From the NCBI GenBank assembly GCA_016933335.1, contig JAFGBD010000011.1, forward strand, positions 50,946-114,945: 64,000 nucleotides of DNA, in the 5' to 3' direction. Source of the stretch: Bacteroidales bacterium. Lineage in GTDB: Bacteria; Bacteroidota; Bacteroidia; Bacteroidales; UBA10428. The notes beneath the pieces are model-generated. The model had not been told where the DNA came from. It ran no database searches and saw only the letters and a list, made by a program, of their open reading frames with translations. Both the position numbers and the translations under genes were made by a program. How positions within the stretch are numbered: the stretch's first letter is position 1; each line of letters starts with the position of its first letter. Shown piece by piece: positions 9,301-19,331 of this stretch.

Positions 9301-10395
9301 TCTCATGAGATCAGAACCCCGATGAATGGTATACTGGGATTTGCTGAAATGCTCAATGATGAAAGCCTGAGTCCCGGTAACCGTAAAAAATATCTTGATA
9401 TCATTCACAGCAGCGGTAAAATGTTGATCAACCTGATAGACGATATCATTGATTTTGCAAAAATTGAAGCAGGACAGATCAATATTGTTCCGCAGGATTT
9501 TTCGCTGAACGCTCTGCTTTCCCAGGTTCATACTTCCTTCCAGACCGAGCAGCTGAAGAAAGACAAATCAGGGGTTAAACTAATTGTCAGGAAGGCATTC
9601 AATAACGAAAACTGCTTTATTCATGCTGATCCCAACAGATTGCGCCAGATTTTTACAAACCTGATAGGTAATGCGTTTAAATTTACAGACCAGGGATTCA
9701 TCGAATTCGGTTATAAAAAAGCAAGGAAAAAAATGCTTCAGTTCTATGTAAAAGATACGGGTATTGGAATTCCTGCTGACAAACTGAAAGTTATTTTCGA
9801 CAGGTTTATTCAGGCAGACAGCTCTTCAACCAGGAAATACGGAGGCTCCGGACTTGGTTTGGCTATCTCGAAAGGTTTTGTCGAATTGCTTGGAGGAAAA
9901 ATGTGGGCCGAATCAAAGGTCGACGAAGGTTCTACATTCTTTTTCACAATCCCTCATGTCCCTGGTAAATTATTAACTGAGGAAGAAATCTCAAAACGCA
10001 GGCCTAAGAAGAGCTATCACTGGGAAGGAAAAGTATTCCTGATAGCAGAAGATGATAAATTCAGTTACAAGTTTCTGGAGAGTTTCTTAAAACAGACAAA
10101 AGCAAAAGTACTGCATGCCATTGATGGCAAAGCAGCCATTGACATTTGCAGAAACAATAACATCGACCTTGTTCTGATGGATATACAAATGCCGGAAATG
10201 AACGGATTACAGGCCACGGAAGAGATAAAGAAGTTCAAAAAAAGCCTGCCTGTCATTGCCCAAACTGCCAATGCAATAACCGAAGAGAAACAAAAATGTT
10301 TTGAGGCCGGATGCGATGATTTCATCACAAAACCAGTAAATATTGCCGAACTTTATTCCAAAATCGATAAATGGCTCTCCGGCCGGCATTCCTAA
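6337..10395 (+). CDS. multi-PAS hybrid sensor histidine kinase / response regulator
   Basis: Several PAS/PAC-like modules, each ending in a D(I/V)T.RK motif. HisKA H-box FLANMSHEIRTPMNGILGF. HATPase N and G boxes (NLIGNAFKFT, DTGIGIP, GGSGLGLAISK). C-terminal receiver (LIAEDD...DLVLMDIQMP...TKP). The track start at 6313 is GTG; the first ATG is 6337. Confidence 0.85.
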   Translation: MAEVSFNMKRNVSVKELERQLVLLLIDLEKYKAIFDDAPIGIFRATTGGRYVEANNTLARLLGYENSTDLVQTIKDIGKQVYSQSKERRMLLRQLFKESSIIKHETLFKRKDGVDFPVSLILKLIKNDENKPLYISGIVEDITLRKKTQENLVAEHNHLRKLIDNIPDYIYLKDAEGNYIITNSAFAKLVNVPTPDELSGMKNISVNNNEFAGNFLKDDEKIMKKGKPVINREDSGFNNITGKYTYAYISKIPIINESGKLTGLIAIGRDVTDLKQAEQQITDSQANLQTVLESTGNAIWSLDKGYRITTANTHFQEFFKFYYKKEIKTGDPFLSLLPDTQKSKWKKIINKAFKGEKWTQDEYFSSDELITYYELSVSPVINLNNKISGVTFCLNNINERKIAEEEIKESEERFRQLAENTNDAFILTNRNNIIWANPGFEKIYKRTVGELLKDGSVLEQSVHPEDKKRFLKFKDKAFTGRNSCSGLQYRIMHPDGSIRWLWSRSFPVHNASGKIYRFVVVISDITEHYELQSAISQVKTQQKAILDNIPYLAWLKDSKGRYISVNEPFACKFGLKAENIIGKTDFEITTRSIAQRIQKSDADVMKKGKKQLIEEIENTPEGRRWVETFKTPIFNDKKKLIGITGISRDITERKKMDEKSREREKHFDALLQNSSDSITILDNKGIIIFENSPRNKISDFDIDELLGKSIFDIIHPDETNTFKALFKEIISKKDQQIKKEYRSLHKNKKWIWVESIFSNQLDNPTINGIVVNSRDISERKMGELKERVYHDNLVFLSNSALDLIGLSSKEDIYRYIADKLYSFLENALVVVSSYNEERNHFQIECTSGPEEVLKAIPGLLKKDLTGLSYPSNRKLSDLSNAGAVKNLKDNLELFQFKQIKFEDFVNAIEYLNIHKVYNISLARHNKLLGNITILTLYKSIIKFKHIIETFIHQVSVALHRSQLEYELLMAKEKAEESDKLKTAFLANMSHEIRTPMNGILGFAEMLNDESLSPGNRKKYLDIIHSSGKMLINLIDDIIDFAKIEAGQINIVPQDFSLNALLSQVHTSFQTEQLKKDKSGVKLIVRKAFNNENCFIHADPNRLRQIFTNLIGNAFKFTDQGFIEFGYKKARKKMLQFYVKDTGIGIPADKLKVIFDRFIQADSSSTRKYGGSGLGLAISKGFVELLGGKMWAESKVDEGSTFFFTIPHVPGKLLTEEEISKRRPKKSYHWEGKVFLIAEDDKFSYKFLESFLKQTKAKVLHAIDGKAAIDICRNNNIDLVLMDIQMPEMNGLQATEEIKKFKKSLPVIAQTANAITEEKQKCFEAGCDDFITKPVNIAELYSKIDKWLSGRHS

Positions 10396-10410
10396 GTCAA
10401 CCATTCTGAT

Positions 10411-11529
10411 ATGCTCCTTGCTATTGGTCTTTCCGCCTTTATTTTATCGACTTACTGCATCATGTTGCTTTTGTATTTCACAGGATGGAATAGCATCAAA
10501 GATTTCTCACCTGTAATGTCAGAGCCGCATCATTTTATCAGTGTAGTGATCCCTTACCGGAACGAAGAAGAAAGAATCAGTTTGCTGTTAAACGACCTGG
10601 ATGGCCAGAATTTTCCGGCTGATCAATATGAGATCATTGCAGTTAATGATCATTCTGATGACCATTCTTATAAAATTGTCGAAAGATACAGGATAAGCAG
10701 CCGTGCAAGAATAGTATCCCTTGATCTTCCCGACGGGATGTACGGTAAAAAGAGTGCCATCAGGCATGGGATTGAGATATCAAGGGGGGAACTGATTCTA
10801 ACCACTGATGCCGACTGCCGGGTATCGGAAAACTGGGTCCGGGCTTTCGCAGATTTCTATCACAGCAGGGAACATCCGAAACTTATCATCGGACTGGTGG
10901 ACCTCAGGTCTTCATCAGGTTTACTGTCAGGACTTCAGAACCTGGAGTTTCTAACCCTGATCGCCGCAGGAGCAGGTGCTGCAGGAATACATATGCCAAT
11001 ATATTGTAACGGTGCGAACCTCCTGTTTGAGAAGGATACCTATATTTCAATGAAGGATCCGCTAAAAATGAACGCTGTTTCAGGTGATGATACCTTTCTT
11101 CTTCATCAGGTAAAAACAATGCATCCGGGAAAAATTCTTGTGCTCAAATGCCGTGACGCAACGGTTCTGACCAAACCGTTGAACACACCGAAAGAATTTA
11201 TGAATCAGCGTATCAGGTGGATCTCAAAATGGAGACATTATAACGATTTTCAGATTTTTGTTTCAGCATTAATTGTCATGGCATCAAACCTGACGATACT
11301 GGGATGGATGACAGCTGCGCTCATCTGTCTGAATGCTTTGTTTCTTCTCCCGTTTTTATTTAAAATGACGATCGACTGGCTGTTTATGATACCCGTACTG
11401 TCTTATTTTCAAAAAAAGAAACTGCATTTTTTTGTTCCGGTGCTGTCAGTCTTGTATCCGTTTTATACGGCAATTTTTGCACTGGCAGGTTTACACGGCA
11501 GGTTTAACTGGAAAGGAAGACACTTCTGA
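10411..11529 (+). CDS. membrane-anchored family 2 glycosyltransferase
   Basis: 372 aa. N-terminal TM helix, then GT2 core (ISVVIPYRNEE, AVNDHSDD, TDADC), QRIRW motif and C-terminal TM helices. Confidence 0.75.
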   Translation: MLLAIGLSAFILSTYCIMLLLYFTGWNSIKDFSPVMSEPHHFISVVIPYRNEEERISLLLNDLDGQNFPADQYEIIAVNDHSDDHSYKIVERYRISSRARIVSLDLPDGMYGKKSAIRHGIEISRGELILTTDADCRVSENWVRAFADFYHSREHPKLIIGLVDLRSSSGLLSGLQNLEFLTLIAAGAGAAGIHMPIYCNGANLLFEKDTYISMKDPLKMNAVSGDDTFLLHQVKTMHPGKILVLKCRDATVLTKPLNTPKEFMNQRIRWISKWRHYNDFQIFVSALIVMASNLTILGWMTAALICLNALFLLPFLFKMTIDWLFMIPVLSYFQKKKLHFFVPVLSVLYPFYTAIFALAGLHGRFNWKGRHF

Positions 11530-11530
11530 T

Positions 11531-12583
11531 CTATTCCGTAAGAATAATCTGTTGTGCCTGGATATGGCCGGCAATATCTGCTTTCAGGAGATATACACCC
11601 TCTGACAATCCTTCATCTGTAAGATCGGATTCAAGATGATAGGTTCCCTCTGTCATGTCCTCATCATAAAGAATCTTTATTTCTGCTCCCGAAAGGTTAT
11701 ATAAAACAAAACTGACCCTTCCGCCATCTTTAACCGAATAACAGATACGCAACAACCTGTTTGTCGGATTCGGATAAACCTCAAATAATCTGTCGCCCAA
11801 AATCCGTTTACTGATGGTTGTGGCAGGAATACTTAACTGGTTATTATAGGCAGCCTGATTGATCACACTGGTGGAATTATTGACGGTGGATGTTATCCGG
11901 GTCAGAACGAGAAGCGGATACCTGTACCAGTCACAATACCACCTGTAAGTTGTAATTTCAAAGAGATGATCCGATCCGTTTATCTGATAGGTATAGTTCT
12001 TCATTGTTTTTACCCGAAGGGTATTTGCGACAATAAAATTTTCTGGCAGAATCAGTGTCCCGTATGCATCGGCCTCAACCAGATAATTGCCCCTGATGAC
12101 GCTGCTTTGCGTACCCGTTTTGTATAAACCGCCATATATACCCTCAAAATGGTCTCCCATGGTAAAAGGGTATACCATCTTTACAAAAGGTTTGTCAAAA
12201 GCGGTAACAACCGTATTGTCCTTTGAAGCATAACCAACTTGTTCAATGCGGTTATCAGCTATCCTGAAATAGAACCTGTTATTAAATTCCTGCAGTTCAG
12301 TGTTTGCCTGCGGGAAAATTTGAGAATTCACGGAGTGATAAGAGCTTTTGACAAAACCGGTAAAAGCATTTGTCTTTTCTATTCCTGAGAAATCCCATAT
12401 GATATTTTCACCGTCATCACCCGGAAGCACATATTTGCATAATTGCATATTGTTGTCCGATTCACCTTTAAGTGCATGCGTTTCAAAATTCAGAATAACA
12501 ATATTCTGAGCTTGCAGCTGAATTGCAGCAAGCAGTGAAATAAAAATTACTGTTGTTTTTTTCATGATTTCCTGTGTTTTCAT
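11531..12583 (-). CDS. secreted protein of unknown function with T9SS C-terminal sorting domain
   Basis: Signal peptide MKKTTVIFISLLAAIQLQAQ (alternative ATG at 12565). The last ~80 aa (FEVYPNPTN...VSFVLYNLSGAEI...GVYLLKADIAG) match the type A Por/T9SS CTD pattern. Confidence 0.65.
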   Translation of the reverse strand: MKTQEIMKKTTVIFISLLAAIQLQAQNIVILNFETHALKGESDNNMQLCKYVLPGDDGENIIWDFSGIEKTNAFTGFVKSSYHSVNSQIFPQANTELQEFNNRFYFRIADNRIEQVGYASKDNTVVTAFDKPFVKMVYPFTMGDHFEGIYGGLYKTGTQSSVIRGNYLVEADAYGTLILPENFIVANTLRVKTMKNYTYQINGSDHLFEITTYRWYCDWYRYPLLVLTRITSTVNNSTSVINQAAYNNQLSIPATTISKRILGDRLFEVYPNPTNRLLRICYSVKDGGRVSFVLYNLSGAEIKILYDEDMTEGTYHLESDLTDEGLSEGVYLLKADIAGHIQAQQIILTE

Positions 12584-12615
12584 GATTTTCTTTGGTTAGA
12601 ATAAAAAATCCTCAC

Positions 12616-14808
12616 CTAATTGCCCAGTTCCGAGATAAACTTGATTCTCATCAGTCTGATATCTTCTTCGGTATATTCATCTTCTCCCAATTCTTTTAAG
12701 GCATCTTCCACCGATTCAGTTTCCGCATCTTCCCTGAAATATTCAAATACTTCATCCTGGTGGTCCTTATCAAGAACCGTATCAATATAATAATCGATAT
12801 TCAGCCTGGTGCCCGAATTAATGATAGATTCAATTTCATCCAGAAGCTGGTTCATCTCAAGGTTCTTCGCCGCCGCTATATCATCAAGGGATATTTTACG
12901 GTCAATGCTTTGAATGATATAGACCTTGATCCCTGATTTATTCACTACTGATTTTACAACCATATCCTGAGGACGGATAATATCCCTTTCCTCAACATAC
13001 TTCCTGATCAGTTCCACAAACTCCAGTCCGTATTTTTTTGCTTTACCCAGGCCTACCCCGCTTATATTCTGCAGTTCTTCAACAGATACAGGGTATTGTG
13101 TTGCCATATCTTCCAGCGAAGGATCCTGAAAGAGAACAAAAGGGGGCAGATTTAATTTTTTAGACATCTTTTTTCTGAGATCCTTTAAAATGGAGAACAA
13201 TTCATCATCCACACTTCCGGTACGTTCCGGACCATAACCGGTTTCATCCTCCTCGTCGGTATCGGGATATTCATGATCTTCTGTAAGCATGATGGGATAA
13301 GGGCTTTTCAGATAGTCATATCCTCTTTCATCCATTTTAAGCAGTCCGTAGTTTTCAATATCCTTCTGTATAAATCTGGCAATCAGCGCCTGCCTGATTA
13401 CCGCATTCCAGAACCTGTCACTTTTTTCCTGTCCTGAGCCAAAAATTTCCAGATGATGATGTTTATAGGTTTTCACCTGGCTGGTCTTGATGCCTGCCAG
13501 TATATTTGCGATATGATCTGCCTTGAACTTCCCCCTGAGTTCGATGACGGTATTTAATACCATCTTTATATATTCCTCCCCGTTTAACCGTGGTTTCGGC
13601 TTCAGGCAGTTATCACAGTTTTCACAGTTTTCGGTCATCTCCTCTCCAAAATAGGCAAGTAACTGAACCGGCCTGCAGACCGAAGATTCACAATATGCCA
13701 CTGTCTCAAGAAGCAGTTGTTTTCCGATCTCCTGCTCGGCCAGCGGTTTACCCTGCATGAACTTCTCAAGTTTCTGGATATCCTTATAACTGTAAAAAGC
13801 GATGCATTTACCTTCTCCCCCGTCACGGCCTGCCCTGCCTGTTTCCTGGTAATAACCCTCAAGGCTTTTTGGTATATCATAGTGTATGACAAATCTGACA
13901 TCAGGTTTATCAATGCCCATACCAAATGCAATGGTTGCCACAATCACATCAATATCTTCCATCAGGAATTTATCCTGGTTCCCGGTTCTGGTTGCAGAAT
14001 CCATCCCTGCATGATAGGGAAGTGCTTTAATGCCATTAACCTTCAGTATTTCTGCCAGTTCTTCGACTTTCTTACGGCTCAGGCAATAAATGATGCCTGA
14101 TTTACCCGGATTGTTCCTGATATATTTGATAATCTCTTTTGTGGCATTTCTCTTTGGCCTGATCTCGTAATAAAGGTTATGCCTTCTGAAAGAGGCCTTG
14201 AATACATCGGCATTCATCATATCCAGGTTTTTCTGAATATCGTTCTGTACCTTGGGTGTTGCAGTTGCAGTAAGGGCAATGATAGGAGCAGTGCCTATTT
14301 CATTGATGATCGGTCTGATTCTCCTGTACTCAGGTCTGAAATCATGCCCCCATTCTGAGATACAATGTGCTTCATCGACAGCATAAAAGGAAATTTTTAC
14401 CTGTCTTAAAAACTGAATGTTTTCTTCCTTGGTCAGTGATTCGGGTGCAACATACAATAATCTGGTCTTCTGATCAATAACATCCTGTTTAACCTTATTG
14501 ATTTGTGCCCTGGTAAGTGAAGAATTCAGAAAATGGGCGATGCCTTCTTCCTCGCTGAAGCTTCTCATTGAGTCAACCTGATTCTTCATAAGCGCTATGA
14601 GTGGTGAAATCACAATGGCCGTACCATCCATCAGTAGAGAAGGCAGCTGGTAACACAATGATTTTCCGGCACCGGTAGGCATAAGCACAAAAGTATCTTT
14701 ACCTGCAAGTACGTTTCGGATAATTTGTTTCTGATTCCCTTTAAATCCGGTAAAACCAAAAAATCTCTTCAAAACATCCGTTAATGAAACTCCGTCAGCA
14801 ACTTTCAT
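12616..14808 (-). CDS. recQ: ATP-dependent DNA helicase RecQ
   Basis: 730 aa. Motifs GFKGNQKQII, MPTGAGKSLCYQLP, DEAHCISEWGHDFRPEY and YQETGRAGRDG. Zn-binding Cys cluster, then RQC and HRDC-like C-terminus. Confidence 0.93.
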   Translation of the reverse strand: MKVADGVSLTDVLKRFFGFTGFKGNQKQIIRNVLAGKDTFVLMPTGAGKSLCYQLPSLLMDGTAIVISPLIALMKNQVDSMRSFSEEEGIAHFLNSSLTRAQINKVKQDVIDQKTRLLYVAPESLTKEENIQFLRQVKISFYAVDEAHCISEWGHDFRPEYRRIRPIINEIGTAPIIALTATATPKVQNDIQKNLDMMNADVFKASFRRHNLYYEIRPKRNATKEIIKYIRNNPGKSGIIYCLSRKKVEELAEILKVNGIKALPYHAGMDSATRTGNQDKFLMEDIDVIVATIAFGMGIDKPDVRFVIHYDIPKSLEGYYQETGRAGRDGGEGKCIAFYSYKDIQKLEKFMQGKPLAEQEIGKQLLLETVAYCESSVCRPVQLLAYFGEEMTENCENCDNCLKPKPRLNGEEYIKMVLNTVIELRGKFKADHIANILAGIKTSQVKTYKHHHLEIFGSGQEKSDRFWNAVIRQALIARFIQKDIENYGLLKMDERGYDYLKSPYPIMLTEDHEYPDTDEEDETGYGPERTGSVDDELFSILKDLRKKMSKKLNLPPFVLFQDPSLEDMATQYPVSVEELQNISGVGLGKAKKYGLEFVELIRKYVEERDIIRPQDMVVKSVVNKSGIKVYIIQSIDRKISLDDIAAAKNLEMNQLLDEIESIINSGTRLNIDYYIDTVLDKDHQDEVFEYFREDAETESVEDALKELGEDEYTEEDIRLMRIKFISELGN

Positions 14809-15094
14809 TACCTCATCATTCTTTATAATATCTTAATTAACCATTTAAACACCCGAACAGTATAACAGAATATTTGAATATACTCAACCAACGGCAGAGA
14901 TTTATACGAGCTTAAGATGAAAATGTTTGATATGATTCAGCGTCATATCATGCGGTTAATCATTTATTAATTAATTGAGAATTATGAATACATTTGTAAA
15001 CTAAATTTATGAACTTTTTTTCAATTTATCACGTCTAATCAGTCGCTTTTTTGAATGATTCATGATTCAATAAAAGCCATGTAATTGCTTCTTA

Positions 15095-15910
15095 ATGAAT
15101 AAAGATACAAATTCTGAGATGTCGTTTCTCGATCATCTTGAAGAATTGAGATGGCATATTATCAGATCACTGATTGCAATGTTCTTCTTTGCAACCATTG
15201 CTTTCCTTGCAAAACAGATTGTTTTCGACAACATCATCCTGGCACCCAGAACCCCGGAGTTCTGGACAAACAGGATATTGTGCAGATTCGGTAAATCTAT
15301 CAATGTCACGAGATTATGCATTAATTCAGAACCTCTCGATCTGAAAAGCATCTATATGGCCGGCCAGTTCCTGGCACACATTAAAATTTCCATCCTTGCC
15401 GGATTGATCCTGGCCTTTCCGTATGTTTTTTACGAATTCTGGAGATTTATTAAACCTGCTCTCTATCAGAACGAAATGCAACATACCAGGGGAGCCATTT
15501 TCTATACTTCTCTCCTGTTTGGTTGCGGAGTGCTATTCGGATATTTTATCCTCTCACCCATGTCTGTTCATTTTTTGGGTTCCTACAGAATCAGTGAAAC
15601 GGTAGAAAATGAGATCAACCTGATGTCATATGTATCAACGGTTGCCTCGGTCACACTGGCTACCGGCGTTGTCTTTGAATTACCTGTGGTTGTGTTTTTC
15701 CTGAGCAAAATCGGGCTTGTCACCCCCGCCTTTATGAGAAAATACAGGCGTCACGCCCTGATCATCATACTGGTGCTCTCTGCAATTATTACGCCACCTG
15801 ATGTCTTCAGTCAGATACTTGTTTCCTTTCCGCTGATACTCCTTTATGAAATCAGTATCTCTATCTCAAAAAGGGTTCAGCGAAGAAACGAAGAAAAACT
15901 GGCAGGATAA
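15095..15910 (+). CDS. tatC: twin-arginine translocase subunit TatC
   Basis: 271 aa with six predicted TM segments. N-terminus reads MSFLDHLEELRWHIIRSLIA, typical of TatC. Confidence 0.92.
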   Translation: MNKDTNSEMSFLDHLEELRWHIIRSLIAMFFFATIAFLAKQIVFDNIILAPRTPEFWTNRILCRFGKSINVTRLCINSEPLDLKSIYMAGQFLAHIKISILAGLILAFPYVFYEFWRFIKPALYQNEMQHTRGAIFYTSLLFGCGVLFGYFILSPMSVHFLGSYRISETVENEINLMSYVSTVASVTLATGVVFELPVVVFFLSKIGLVTPAFMRKYRRHALIIILVLSAIITPPDVFSQILVSFPLILLYEISISISKRVQRRNEEKLAG

Positions 15911-15984
15911 TAAAAATCATGTTTTTTAAAGGATAATAAATAATTTTAAGCTTTCCTTACGTTATATCATTGAAAAAAAACTAT

Positions 15985-16707
15985 ATGAGATTACGGACAG
16001 AAAATCTGATCAAGAAATACCGGAACAGGATGGTTGTCAAGAATGTGTCTATTAATGTGGAACAGGGTGAGATCGTAGGTCTGCTCGGACCGAACGGGGC
16101 AGGAAAGACCACTTCTTTTTATATGATTGTCGGACTGATACAACCAAATGAAGGGAAAATATTTATGGATAACATTGAAATAACACATGAACCTGTTTAT
16201 AAAAGAGCCCAGAAAGGTATTGGATATTTATCACAGGAAGCTTCGGTTTTCAGGAAATTAAGTGTGGAAAACAATCTCAGGGCAGTACTTGAAATGACAG
16301 AGCTCTCAAAGGAAGAACAAAAATTCAGGGTAGAGTCGCTTTTAAATGAATTTGGCCTTCAGAAAATAAGAAAAAGCCTGGGGATTCAATTATCAGGAGG
16401 TGAGCGCAGACGAACCGAAATTGCACGGGCTCTGGCCCTGAATCCTAAGTTTATCCTCCTGGACGAACCCTTTGCCGGTGTCGATCCTATTGCCGTTGAA
16501 GATATTCAGGATATTGTTGCCAAACTGAAAACCAAAAATATTGGTATTCTGATTACCGATCACAATGTTCACGAAACACTGTCCATTACCGACAGGGCAT
16601 ACCTTCTTTTTGAAGGAGAAATCCTGAAATCGGGCACGGCTGAAGATCTGGCTGCTGATGATCAGGTGAGAAGAGTATATCTTGGTAAAAATTTCGAACT
16701 CAGATGA
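15985..16707 (+). CDS. lptB: LPS export ABC transporter ATP-binding protein LptB
   Basis: Walker [10 protein letters not shown], signature LSGGERRR, Walker B ILLDEP. LptB-like size of 240 aa from ATG 15985; the track start at 15970 is TTG. Confidence 0.9.
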   Translation: MRLRTENLIKKYRNRMVVKNVSINVEQGEIVGLLGPNGAGKTTSFYMIVGLIQPNEGKIFMDNIEITHEPVYKRAQKGIGYLSQEASVFRKLSVENNLRAVLEMTELSKEEQKFRVESLLNEFGLQKIRKSLGIQLSGGERRRTEIARALALNPKFILLDEPFAGVDPIAVEDIQDIVAKLKTKNIGILITDHNVHETLSITDRAYLLFEGEILKSGTAEDLAADDQVRRVYLGKNFELR

Positions 16708-16755
16708 CCAGCATACCGAACAGTTTTTCTGATTCATTTAATTTTCATCATTCCG

Positions 16756-19233
16756 ATGCAGTTTAAATATTTTCTGATCCTCCCGCTTTTTCTATTTTCC
16801 CATAAATCCTACAGCCAGGAACTCAGGATCTCCGGAACTGTGATTGACAGTCTTAGCAGAGAACCCCTGGCTTTTGTCAACATTACATTCGATAAAACAG
16901 GCAAAGGAACGGTTTCATCCATCGATGGTAAATTCCTCCTGAACGTGAATGATCAGGTCAGAGAACTGTTATTCAGCTATGTCGGGTACAAGCCGAAGGT
17001 GATTCCCATGACTCCTTATGTTGCTGCAAATAACCTGATTATAGAACTGTCACCCAAAGCCTATGACATCAGTGAGGTTTATGTTTATCCGGGTGAGAAT
17101 CCTGCCCACCGGATCATTCATCTTGCTACCGGTAACCGGCTGATAAATAATCCTGAAAGGATGAAATCTTTTTCCTATATCTCCTATGACAAAATGATTT
17201 TTACGGTCGACATGGACAGCCTCGCAGAGCCTGTTAAAGAAAATAAAATCAGAAAAGAATCGCAGCATTTATCAACATTGCCCGAAGAGGATTACTCAGA
17301 TACCAGCGCACGAAAATTAATTGAAAAACAGCACCTGCTGCTGATGGAATCCATCAGCACCAGGGAATATATTTACCCGGATAAAGACAAGGAAAGAATT
17401 CTGGCTTCCAGGGTCTCGGGATTTAAGAAACCCTCTTTCGTTATAATGGCAAGGCAGTTCCAGTCTTTTTCCTTTTACAGCGATTTCATCACCATTTCTG
17501 AAAAAAAATACCTGAATCCATTAACACCCGGAAGTGAAAGTTTGTATTTTTTTCTTCTTGAAGATACAATGTATTCAGAACGCAATGATACTGTTTTCAT
17601 TATATCTTTCAGACCTAAAAGGGGAAAGAATTTTGAAGGACTGAAGGGTGTGCTGTATATCAATTCCTATAAATGGGCTGTTCAGAATGTTATCGCCGAA
17701 GCCAGTGACCAGCAATTTGAGCTGATTACAATCAAGATCCGGCAAAAATATGATCTTGTAAATGACCACTGGTTTCCGGTTCAGTTAAATACCAATATGA
17801 TTTTCAACAATGTGGTAGCCGAAACCAATACACGAAAGATGAAAGTGATTGGCAAAGGCAAGTCGTATCTTTTAAATATCAGGACAAATCCTGAACTTGA
17901 TAAAAAAGACTTCGACAATACCTATATTGAGGTTAGTAAAAATGCCAGTGAAATGCCCGGACAATTCTGGCAAAGGTACAGGGTTGATTCTTTATCTGCA
18001 AAAGACAGGGAGACATACCGGGTGATAGACAGCCTCGGCAGGGAAAAGCATTTTGACAGGACCTTCAACAACATGGAAATCCTTATGACCGGATATCTCC
18101 CGGGAAGATACTTTAACATGGATATCCGGTCTGTTATTGACTACAATACTTATGAAGGGTGGAGAATCGGACTGGGCGGAATAACCAGTAAAAATCTGTC
18201 TGCTTTATTCAATATCGGCGGACATTTTGCATACGGATTCAGAGACAAAGCCTGGAAATACGGGATATCTGTGAATTTCAATCTTGATGCCGTAAACGAT
18301 ATCCGCCTGAAGCTTAGCTACCTTGATGATCTCGAAGAAGCCGGAGGGCTGAATTTCCTTGAGAAGGAAAAATTTTTCTCTTCCGAATCATTCAGAAATT
18401 ATATGATAGAAAATATGGATCTGGTACAAAGAAAACAGGCAGAGGTCGGGTGGAAAATGTTTAAATATCTTGGTGTGAACCTGTTCTTCAGAACCACTGT
18501 CAATACCCCGTCAAACTCATACCTGTACAGCATCACCAATGAAAATCCAAGATTTCTTATCAATCAGTTCAGTTTCACTGAAGCCGGTATCATGACCCGC
18601 TTTGCATACAAGGAAGGTTTTATGAATACTCCTGCAGGCAACAGGTTTTCACTGGGTACCAGATCCCCGGTACTGTATCTGAACCTCACCAAAGGATTTT
18701 TATGGCTGAACGGGGGCTTTGACTTTATCAGGCTTGAAACCTGCCTGTCAAAGAAGTTTGAGACCCGCAGGCTGGGTGATACAAAAATTCAGATTACGGG
18801 GGGAATGGTGAGTGGCAAAGTACCTTATTCAAGATTATTCAACGGACATGGCAGTTATAAAAATTTCAGCATCGAAACTGAAAATTCTTTTGCCACCATG
18901 CGCTTCAATGAGTTTCTTTCAGACAGGTTCTTCTCATTATATTTTAAACAGGATTTTGGCAGGCTGCTGCTAAAAAGCGGGAAATTCCGTCCGCGGATTG
19001 CAGTTGTCAATAACATCGGCTTTGGTTGGTTAAACCATACTGAGTACCATAATAATATTGATATTAAAACACTTGAAAAAGGTTATTACGAATGCGGATT
19101 GTTAATCAATAACCTGATTAGCCAGAAGATGTTCGGATACGGATTGGGTATTTTTTACCGTTACGGTCCGTATTCATTCGCCCGTATAAAGGATAATTTT
19201 GCACTGAAGCTCACCCTGACCCTGAATCTTTGA
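16756..19233 (+). CDS. CarboxypepD_reg-like / DUF5686-type outer-membrane-associated protein
   Basis: 825 aa. Signal peptide, then N-terminal carboxypeptidase-regulatory-like fold (LRISGTVIDSLSREPLAFVNITF...SSIDGKF), then a large beta-rich C-terminal region. Family assignment is from memory of this common Bacteroidota architecture. Confidence 0.55.
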   Translation: MQFKYFLILPLFLFSHKSYSQELRISGTVIDSLSREPLAFVNITFDKTGKGTVSSIDGKFLLNVNDQVRELLFSYVGYKPKVIPMTPYVAANNLIIELSPKAYDISEVYVYPGENPAHRIIHLATGNRLINNPERMKSFSYISYDKMIFTVDMDSLAEPVKENKIRKESQHLSTLPEEDYSDTSARKLIEKQHLLLMESISTREYIYPDKDKERILASRVSGFKKPSFVIMARQFQSFSFYSDFITISEKKYLNPLTPGSESLYFFLLEDTMYSERNDTVFIISFRPKRGKNFEGLKGVLYINSYKWAVQNVIAEASDQQFELITIKIRQKYDLVNDHWFPVQLNTNMIFNNVVAETNTRKMKVIGKGKSYLLNIRTNPELDKKDFDNTYIEVSKNASEMPGQFWQRYRVDSLSAKDRETYRVIDSLGREKHFDRTFNNMEILMTGYLPGRYFNMDIRSVIDYNTYEGWRIGLGGITSKNLSALFNIGGHFAYGFRDKAWKYGISVNFNLDAVNDIRLKLSYLDDLEEAGGLNFLEKEKFFSSESFRNYMIENMDLVQRKQAEVGWKMFKYLGVNLFFRTTVNTPSNSYLYSITNENPRFLINQFSFTEAGIMTRFAYKEGFMNTPAGNRFSLGTRSPVLYLNLTKGFLWLNGGFDFIRLETCLSKKFETRRLGDTKIQITGGMVSGKVPYSRLFNGHGSYKNFSIETENSFATMRFNEFLSDRFFSLYFKQDFGRLLLKSGKFRPRIAVVNNIGFGWLNHTEYHNNIDIKTLEKGYYECGLLINNLISQKMFGYGLGIFYRYGPYSFARIKDNFALKLTLTLNL

Positions 19234-19290
19234 TATCATAAATACCGGATTCCGGCAGAAAATCTTTCTTAAAAAAAGGACAAAACTTAT

Positions 19291-19298
19291 TAAGTTTG
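19291..19298 (+). promoter_or_regulatory. -7 promoter box (TAAGTTTG) upstream of era
   Basis: Matches the Bacteroidota TAnnTTTG consensus. Ends 33 nt upstream of the era ATG. Confidence 0.4.
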
Positions 19299-19331
19299 TG
19301 GCAGAATTTTTAATAATGATACTTTCTTAAA

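Noticed and set aside
6488-10404. Multiple 60-180-aa ORFs on both strands inside the histidine-kinase gene, and the kinase itself as a possible novelty
   Set aside because: The internal ORFs are antisense or out of frame within a continuous 1352-aa reading frame that has recognisable domains. Large multi-PAS hybrid kinases are commonplace in Bacteroidota.
13635-14100. 102-aa and 127-aa ORFs overlapping recQ
   Set aside because: They are embedded in or antisense to the conserved RecQ helicase core and have no independent signals.
14809-15094. Searched the 286-bp spacer upstream of tatC for a small tatA/tatE gene
   Set aside because: Only a 17-codon ORF with no TatA-like TM-amphipathic helix pattern is present. 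tatA must be elsewhere.
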